Shown: piece by piece, positions 57,598 to 64,000 of the stretch | Layout of the letters: the number at the start of each line of letters is the position of its first letter | How positions within the stretch are numbered: position 1 is the stretch's first letter | Assembly: GCA_965224245.1 (NCBI GenBank) | Contig: OZ245046.1 | Coordinates: 2,848,001 to 2,912,000 of the forward strand | DNA length: 64,000 nucleotides | From: Candidatus Eiseniibacteriota bacterium | Lineage (GTDB): Bacteria > Eisenbacteria > RBG-16-71-46 > CAZAMP01 | Direction of reading: 5' to 3' | Position numbers and translations under genes: made by a program | Notes under the pieces: model-generated | Told to the model about the DNA's origin: nothing | The model's input: the letters and a program-made list of their open reading frames with translations, nothing else | Database searches by the model: none

Positions 57598-57810
57598 TCA
57601 CCCGTCACCGGTCTTCGGCGCGCGCTCCTCGACGGCCCAGGCGCTCCGGTGGTTCGCATCGGGTAGGTGTGCGTCCCAGCAGTCCACCGAGCAGAACCGA
57701 AGACCGGTTCGCTTGCGATTGCACGTGCTCACGTTGCACAGGTAGTAGATCGCGCCGTGAGCGATGGGCTTCTTGCAGATGCTGCACGACCGCCACTTGT
57801 CGTCGGACAC
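57598..57810 (-). CDS. Small Cys/His-rich zinc-finger protein (70 aa)
   Basis: GGAGGAGG RBS plus GTG; CxxC-x12-C-x4-C-x9-C-x3-C-x3-H-x5-H. Confidence 0.8.
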   Translation of the reverse strand: MSDDKWRSCSICKKPIAHGAIYYLCNVSTCNRKRTGLRFCSVDCWDAHLPDANHRSAWAVEERAPKTGDG

Positions 57811-57937
57811 GGGACCTCCTCCGCAATGAGTGACCCGGGAATGATCCCTCATTCGATCGCTTCGAGAAAGAGAGAGGTGAGCCGCGTGCGACGCGTATCG
57901 CCGCCCGCGGGCTCCGGCCGATGGTGCGCTTCCGCGC

Positions 57938-58750
57938 TCAGTGCTTGCGACGCGCGAGCGTGATCAGGTACGGACGCGGCACGAGGATTCCGGCACCGGT
58001 ACGATGACGCTCGTGATACGCCACGAAGTCCTCGCGGAACGCGCCCGCGGTCTCGGGGTCGAGCGACGCGACGAGCGTCTTGGTCGGCCCGTAGCCCGTG
58101 GAGAACGCATCCCAGGCCGCCTCGCCGTCGGCCTCCCGGTAATACGAGACCGCATCCTCGAAGCCGAGATCGAAGTGGTCGCCGAGGAGCTCCTCGATGC
58201 GGGCCCTCCGCCCCCATGCGAAGGGCGACGGCTTCGGAGCGGTCGGCTTCGGCGCGTACTTCTGGATCACGGTGAACATGTCGAACACCCCGCCGGTCTC
58301 CTGCCACGTGGCCAGCGCGACCCGCCCCCCGGGCCTGGTGACGCGGGCCAGCTCGGCAGCCGCCCGCTCGGGGTTCATGCAGAACATCACACCGAAGGTC
58401 GAGGTCACGCCGTCGAACTCGGCATCGTCGAACGGCAGCGCCTCGGCGTCGGCGACGCGGAAGTCGCCGCCGGGGTCGAGCTCACGGGCGGCCGCGATGA
58501 CGTCGGCCGCGAAGTCGGTGCCGATCACCTCGGCGCCGCGCGCGCGAGCCCGGCGCGCCGCCAGGCCGGTGCCGGTCGCCACGTCCAGGATCCTCTGACC
58601 GGGCCGGGGATCGAGCCGATCGACACAGTGCTCGATGGCATCGGCGATCTGACGGGTGATGCGTTCGTAGCGGGCTCCCCCGGCGTTCCAGACGCCGGCG
58701 GCGAGCTCGTTCTCGGGACGGATTCGAAGATCGGTGCGGGTGGTGGACAC
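57938..58750 (-). CDS. Class I SAM-dependent methyltransferase (UbiE-like)
   Basis: 'ILDVATGTG', 'DAEALPF.D..FD', 'STFGVMF', 'ELARV.RPGG'. Confidence 0.92.
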   Translation of the reverse strand: MSTTRTDLRIRPENELAAGVWNAGGARYERITRQIADAIEHCVDRLDPRPGQRILDVATGTGLAARRARARGAEVIGTDFAADVIAAARELDPGGDFRVADAEALPFDDAEFDGVTSTFGVMFCMNPERAAAELARVTRPGGRVALATWQETGGVFDMFTVIQKYAPKPTAPKPSPFAWGRRARIEELLGDHFDLGFEDAVSYYREADGEAAWDAFSTGYGPTKTLVASLDPETAGAFREDFVAYHERHRTGAGILVPRPYLITLARRKH

Positions 58751-59168
58751 GGTTCATTCTCCTCGGGCGGGGGCTCCGCCGGGTCGGACCTCGACGAGGG
58801 GTCACGCCGCGTGCCCCTTTCGCCCGACAGTTCGTGAAACCGTGTCCCAGGCTGCAACGGGACTCGTGAAAAGCGCATGCGCGAACGACGTGCGAAAGAA
58901 TGAAGCGAACGCATCATGGCGGGACCGTCGGGTGATCCGGACAATGAAGCGAGAGGTTCGGACATGTCGATCCGGCAGCGTAGCGAAGTCTCGCGGGCGC
59001 TCCGACGGCGAGATCGGGCGCGGATCGATCGTTCGTCGTGGCTGAGGACCTGCGGCTCGAACGAGTGCCTCTGCGTTCCGCCGGGCTTCCGCTCGGCGGA
59101 ACGCTGACTCGCGGGCATCGGGGTCGCCTGGCGCGACGCGCGGCGATCGCACGTCGCGCCGGCACCGG

Positions 59169-61844
59169 TCACTCGACCAGGAGGACCTTCTCGACCCGGT
59201 GGAACGACGGCGCATCGAGGCGCACGAAGTAGGCGCCCGGCGCCACCCGCTCACCCCGCTGGTCACGACCGTCCCACGACAGGTTCAGATCGCCCGCGTC
59301 GGCCACCCCCTCGAACACGGTCCGCACCAGGCGGCTGGCCGGGTCGTACACGCGGACCCGAGACATCCCCGAACCGGGGAGCGTCAACGCGATCTGGACC
59401 TGCTTCGAGAACGGGTTCGGGCTCGGCACGAAGCGGCGCCCCGGGCGCGGCGCGCCGTCGTCGATGGCCAGGAGACCCAGCGGAATCGTCTCGCTCACCA
59501 TCGCGACCGGAGCCGAGCGTCCGCTGGCCACCCACGCGTCGTACAGATCCTGCCCCGCGTCGTTCGTCGTGTTCTCGTCCCGCAGGAACTCGATGTACTC
59601 GCGCGACGTCGACTGGTAGTACACCGTGACGACGGCGTTCGTGGCCGACGCTGGCATCGGATACAGCACCGTGTCCCAGTGCTGGCCGTCCGCATACGTA
59701 GTGCCGACCGGCGGCGACTGGATCGCCTCGAACGCCGCGTTCGTGAAGCCGCGCGGCGGAATGCGCGTGTCGAGCCAGATCGTGTCGTTCAGCACGAAGT
59801 GGAACGACGGCCCCGCCGGATGCCCGACGACGGGCGACAGCCCGACCGAGATCCCGGGCTCGATCTCGTAGATGCGGAGGTCCTCGTCGTGGGTGAGCGT
59901 TCCGGTCGCGTCGTCGTACGCCCCGGACTCGTAGACGACCTGCTCGAGCTCGTCCGTGGCCACCACGTGGACCCACGCGCGCCGGCCCTCGGGGTAGCCC
60001 GACGGCAGCTTGTGACCGGTCTGGTTGGTGACCGTGACCTCGAGCGCGCGCCCACCCTCGCCGGCCACCTCGGCCAGCGTCAGCGTGGCGGCCAGCTGGA
60101 GCATGGCGGTGGCGCGCGCCTTTCCGTCGGCGAGCTGGACCGGATCCACCTCACCGGGGAAGAACAACGGGAGGATGTCCGGCACGAACGTGTTGCCGCC
60201 GGTCAGGTCGTGCAGGCCGAGATCGGAGCGCGTGGGGGCGCCGGGCTGATTGCACCCCTCCCCGGTGACGTCCCGCATGTGGCAGTCCTGGCACGTGGAT
60301 ACCATCCCGTCCGGCCGGTCACCCGCGAACTCGGGCGCGTACACGCCCGTCGACGCGTACTCGCTGGCCGACCACTCGCTGAACGTGCGCTCCACCGGGA
60401 ACATGTTGGCCGGGTTGCCGTCGGGGTGCGGGGCATCGAACGCCCCGGGCACGTAGTCGCCGGGCGACCCCCCGCCGACGAAGGCCGGGTTGCTCACGTC
60501 GTGGCACGTGCCGCACATGTCCGAGCTGTTGAAGAACGGGGAGTCGATGAAGGCGTGACTGGCCACGGCGTCGGCGTACGGACCCCGGCGGATCGGCGCG
60601 GGATCGATCACGAACTGCCCGTTGGCGTAGTAGTCGGGGATCGCGGCCAGGTCCTCCAGCACGTCCTCGTCCTCGGCCGGGCTCACGCCCTCCTCGTAGT
60701 CCGGATCCACCATGCGGTGGCAGAAGTCGCACTGCACCGAATGGCGGTCCTTGGCGGTCGTCATCGATCCGCTCGTGTCGACGGACCGGCCCTCCAGCCA
60801 TCCCGTCGGCGTGTGACACCGGAGACACAGGTCGCCGGACGAAGGCGCGTCCTGCTCGGCGATCGCCAGCGCGGCCAGGAACAGGGGATCGCGCATTGCG
60901 TGTCCCATCATGCTGCCTTGCCAGTTGGACCAGGGCTCGACGGCGGTGTCGTAGTTGCCGTGGCAGGCGACGCAGGTGACCGAGGGATCGTCGAACGTCC
61001 CCGCCGTCAGCGGCTGGCTTCCCGGGAGGTCGAAGTCCCGGAGCGTGGTCGGGACCGTCCCCGCCGTCAGGGGCTGGATCGTGAAGACCCCGTTGCTGTC
61101 GTCGCTGCCCCGGTTCCCGGCGGCGTCCTGTGCGGTCACGCGGATGAGGTTGCTCCCGCCCGGGCGGTTGGGCACGAACCAGTCATACGGACCCACGGGA
61201 TCCACCCCGAGCGCAACCGGCCGGAACGTCGTGCCGCCGTCGTCGGAGAGGAAGAGGTCCACGAACGAGACCCCGCTGGCATCGGATGCCGTCCAGCTGA
61301 CCGACACCACCGTGTTGGCGGCGACCATCTCTCCCCCGTCCGGGGCGAGCACGGTCACCGTCGGCGGCGTCGTGTCGCTGCCCCCCGAGGGCGTCAGGTG
61401 ACCTTCGATCTCGGAGGTGTCCACGTGGTCCACGCTTCCGAGCGCGGCGGCCGTGAGCCCCGGAAACGTGGGCGTGTTGCCGAAATGCACCGTGTCGGTG
61501 ATCTCGACCTCGTTCGTGAAGCCGTCGCTGTCGGAGTCCAGATCCGCGAGCGAGAGGATCGCCTCGATGTCGTCCGCGTACACGCCGGAGTCCCGCGCGA
61601 CCTCCACCGCGAGCCCGTAGGGGTTGCGCGGACCGCCCCCGTCGAAGTCGTAATGACAAACACCACAATGATTTGCGTTGCTGATCAGATCATCGAGACG
61701 GCTCCCCTCCGCCGACGGGTAGGCGTCGATGAAGGCGCGCTTGATCGTGGGTCGCGCGTCGGCGACGTGGAACGACCCGACGACGAGAACGCCGCCGATC
61801 GCGATCGTGATCGCTCCGGCCGCTCGGTGTAAATGGGATGACAT
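59169..61844 (-). CDS. Secreted multiheme (6 CxxCH) cytochrome c with Ig-like domain and FlgD-Ig/T9SS-like CTD
   Basis: CGVCH, CVACH, CLRCH, CDFCH, CGTCH, CQDCH; 'GHKLPSG.PEGR'; 'PNPF...YD..SRLVR...WDGRDQRG..VAPGAY'. Confidence 0.9.
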   Translation of the reverse strand: MSSHLHRAAGAITIAIGGVLVVGSFHVADARPTIKRAFIDAYPSAEGSRLDDLISNANHCGVCHYDFDGGGPRNPYGLAVEVARDSGVYADDIEAILSLADLDSDSDGFTNEVEITDTVHFGNTPTFPGLTAAALGSVDHVDTSEIEGHLTPSGGSDTTPPTVTVLAPDGGEMVAANTVVSVSWTASDASGVSFVDLFLSDDGGTTFRPVALGVDPVGPYDWFVPNRPGGSNLIRVTAQDAAGNRGSDDSNGVFTIQPLTAGTVPTTLRDFDLPGSQPLTAGTFDDPSVTCVACHGNYDTAVEPWSNWQGSMMGHAMRDPLFLAALAIAEQDAPSSGDLCLRCHTPTGWLEGRSVDTSGSMTTAKDRHSVQCDFCHRMVDPDYEEGVSPAEDEDVLEDLAAIPDYYANGQFVIDPAPIRRGPYADAVASHAFIDSPFFNSSDMCGTCHDVSNPAFVGGGSPGDYVPGAFDAPHPDGNPANMFPVERTFSEWSASEYASTGVYAPEFAGDRPDGMVSTCQDCHMRDVTGEGCNQPGAPTRSDLGLHDLTGGNTFVPDILPLFFPGEVDPVQLADGKARATAMLQLAATLTLAEVAGEGGRALEVTVTNQTGHKLPSGYPEGRRAWVHVVATDELEQVVYESGAYDDATGTLTHDEDLRIYEIEPGISVGLSPVVGHPAGPSFHFVLNDTIWLDTRIPPRGFTNAAFEAIQSPPVGTTYADGQHWDTVLYPMPASATNAVVTVYYQSTSREYIEFLRDENTTNDAGQDLYDAWVASGRSAPVAMVSETIPLGLLAIDDGAPRPGRRFVPSPNPFSKQVQIALTLPGSGMSRVRVYDPASRLVRTVFEGVADAGDLNLSWDGRDQRGERVAPGAYFVRLDAPSFHRVEKVLLVE

Positions 61845-62170
61845 GGGGGCACCGCCGTGGTCCGAGAGTGTGGTCGCGCGGCGCCGGCCGGACTGGAGCC
61901 ACCCCGCGTGCGGCTCCGCCACGCGGTCGGCGTCGTAAAACGAAAATCGACAGCATGCAACACCTGTGATGGTCCCTCACGGGAGCCCGCCGCAACATCC
62001 GCGATTCCCCTGATGGGGTTGCGAGGACTACGTACGCCAGCGGACGACTCGCTCGATCCGAAGTGGCCGCCGCCGCATCCCAGACGTCGTACGTCGGCCC
62101 GATTGGCCGTACGATGCTCGGCTCGACCCGATCTCCGAGTCCTCGTGAGGGAGCCGTCCCGGATGTGCGC

Positions 62171-63853
62171 ATGATCGTCTGGCTCGTCGTCTCGGCGCTC
62201 GTCACCGGCCCGTTCGTGATCTTCGGGCTCTACCGGGTCTGGCTCCTGGTCCGTCTGCTTCGGGCGTCCCGGACCAGCGCCACCGCGCCGGCTCCCGCCG
62301 ACGGAGCGCCGGCGCGCGGGGCGGACACCCTCCCGTCGAGCGGTGCGCCCGGACCGGTGGCTCCGTCGGTCACCGTCCAGCTCCCGATCTACGACGAGCG
62401 TCACGTGGTGCGCCGGCTCCTGAATGCGGTCGCCGCGCTCCGCTACCCCCGGGACCGGCTGGAGATCCAGATCGTCGACGACTCGACCGACGACACGTCG
62501 GCCATCGTTCGTGCCTGGCTGCGCGATCGCCCGGCGGACCTCCACGTCACCCACGTCCGCCGCCCCTCGCGGGCCGGCTACAAGGCCGGGGCACTGGCGC
62601 ACGCCGCCGAGCTCGCGACCGGCGAGCTGCTCGCCGTGTTCGACGCCGACTTCGTCCCGGGGCCGGACTTCCTGGAGCGCGTGGTCCCGCGCTTCGACGA
62701 CCCGCGGATCGGGATGGTGCAGTGCCGGTGGTCGTTCCTGAACGGCGAGGCGTCGGCGCTGACGCGCGCGCAGGCGGTCTCGATCAACGCCCACTTCGGG
62801 ATCGAGCACGTCGTGTACGCCGCCGATGGATCGTTCTTCAACTTCAACGGCACCGCCGGCATCTGGCGACGCGAGGCGATCCGGCTCTCGGGAGGCTGGT
62901 CGGCCGACACGCTCACCGAGGATCTCGACCTCAGCTATCGCGCCCAGCTCGCGGGCTGGCGCTTCCGCTACGCCGACGACGTCCGGGTGCCCTCCGAGGT
63001 GCCGCCGACCATCCGGGCCGTGAAGCTACAGCAGCTCCGCTGGAGCAAGGGGATGTCGCAGGTCGCCCGGAAGCTCCTCCCTCGCGTCCTCCGCGCACCT
63101 CTCCCGCTTCGCGTGAAGATCGACGCCACGTTCCATCTGCTGTCGAACGCGGGCTACGTGTTCGTGTGCGCGATGGCGGTCGTGCTCCATCCGGTGCTGT
63201 TCACGTACTCGTCGTACCTGCGCGCACAGCCCTGGTGGCCGTTCGTCTCGGCCGGCGTGCTGGTCACGAACGTGGCCGCGATCGGGGCGTTCCTGTGCGT
63301 GGGCGAGTACACGGCTCGCACACGGCTCGGGTCGAGCGTCCTCCGCACGATGGTCACGCTGCCCATCAGCGCCGGCATGGCGGTCACGGGGGCGATCGGC
63401 GCGGTGAGCGGCTGGATCGGCGGGTCCTCTCCGTTCGATCGGACCCCGAAGTATGCGCAGGTAGGCACGCGCCCGGTGACCCTCACCGACTACGACTCGG
63501 ACCGGCCACCCTCGGCGTGGGTCGAGCTCGCGCTGTTCGTGTATCACCTGGTGTGGCTCGACGTCGCGCTCGGGCACGGCCGATACGATCTCCTGCTCCT
63601 GAGCGCGGTGTTCCTCCCCGGCTTCGGGTACGTGGCGGGGCTCGAGTTTCTGCCCCTCGTCTCGCGCGCGCTCGTCAATCGGACAGCCGCTCGCAGAGCG
63701 ACGCGGCCGATCGATCGAAGAGCGCTCCGGCGCTCCGAAGCGATCGGCGGTACGCGAGCGCGACCAGGGCGGCCAGGCCCCACTCGACGACAACGGCCGC
63801 GATCGGACTCCACGCGCCGAGAAGCACGTGCAGTCCGATCGGTACCCCGATGA
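62171..63853 (+). CDS. GT2 processive glycosyltransferase (cellulose synthase-like/CslA-like)
   Basis: 'VTVQLPIYDE', 'DDSTD', 'GYKAGAL', 'FDADF', 'TEDLDLS.RAQL.GW', QxxRW 'QQLRW', 'RTPK'. Confidence 0.92.
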   Translation: MIVWLVVSALVTGPFVIFGLYRVWLLVRLLRASRTSATAPAPADGAPARGADTLPSSGAPGPVAPSVTVQLPIYDERHVVRRLLNAVAALRYPRDRLEIQIVDDSTDDTSAIVRAWLRDRPADLHVTHVRRPSRAGYKAGALAHAAELATGELLAVFDADFVPGPDFLERVVPRFDDPRIGMVQCRWSFLNGEASALTRAQAVSINAHFGIEHVVYAADGSFFNFNGTAGIWRREAIRLSGGWSADTLTEDLDLSYRAQLAGWRFRYADDVRVPSEVPPTIRAVKLQQLRWSKGMSQVARKLLPRVLRAPLPLRVKIDATFHLLSNAGYVFVCAMAVVLHPVLFTYSSYLRAQPWWPFVSAGVLVTNVAAIGAFLCVGEYTARTRLGSSVLRTMVTLPISAGMAVTGAIGAVSGWIGGSSPFDRTPKYAQVGTRPVTLTDYDSDRPPSAWVELALFVYHLVWLDVALGHGRYDLLLLSAVFLPGFGYVAGLEFLPLVSRALVNRTAARRATRPIDRRALRRSEAIGGTRARPGRPGPTRRQRPRSDSTRREARAVRSVPR

Positions 63854-64000
63854 TGACCAGGAAGAGCATCGAGAGCGCGAAGCTGCTCGCGTAGCGCTCG
63901 CCGCCGAACGCGCCGAATCGCCGTGGAACCGGGTTGCGAATCGAGAACGCATTGGCGAGGGTCGCGGCGCTCATCAGCATGTAGGCGGCCGTGGCCACGA
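63675..64000 (-). CDS. C-terminal part of a membrane protein (possible ABC-2 type permease), truncated by window end
   Basis: Three hydrophobic segments, frame open to the window edge. Confidence 0.6.
   Translation of the reverse strand, partial: VATAAYMLMSAATLANAFSIRNPVPRRFGAFGGERYASSFALSMLFLVIIGVPIGLHVLLGAWSPIAAVVVEWGLAALVALAYRRSLRSAGALFDRSAASLCERLSD

Noticed and set aside
58760-59165. Small gene or ncRNA in the methyltransferase-cytochrome gap
   Set aside because: No convincing ORF, RBS or recognisable RNA motif.
61965-61981. CRP/FNR box upstream of the cytochrome (TGTGA-N7-TCACG)
   Set aside because: Spacer is 7 nt rather than 6, and the second half-site is imperfect.

Overview
A 64 kb stretch of a very GC-rich bacterial chromosome with about 40 credible genes. 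I saw no rRNA, tRNA, CRISPR array, transposase or phage genes. The gene style suggests an FCB-related candidate lineage (Eisenbacteria/Krumholzibacteriota/Latescibacterota-like; inference, not a database result): many secreted proteins end in a FlgD-Ig/T9SS-like C-terminal domain or a short 'SW(G/S)RVK' tail. Recognisable genes are ppc, hutH, asnA, an rmlB-like dehydratase, an orphan groES, two hybrid kinases, two GT-C/TPR glycosyltransferases, a GT2, two FG-GAP proteins, a secreted deiminase and a secreted hexaheme cytochrome c. The most unusual items are: (1) a non-coding structured repeat family between ppc and hutH, made of three ~261-bp tandem units each holding a 144-bp hairpin element, plus an inverted solo copy whose arms have changed in a compensatory way; (2) a translationally coupled operon of a DUF318/SO_0444-type metal permease fused to an HflK-like SPFH domain, followed by hflC and hflK, with no ftsH in the window; (3) two apparent C-terminal sorting signals on diverse exported cargo; (4) several proteins with substituted catalytic or phospho-acceptor residues; (5) a stand-alone Cys/His-rich zinc-finger microprotein. 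Several decayed genes are also visible. All family assignments come from motif recognition by eye and need HMM confirmation.
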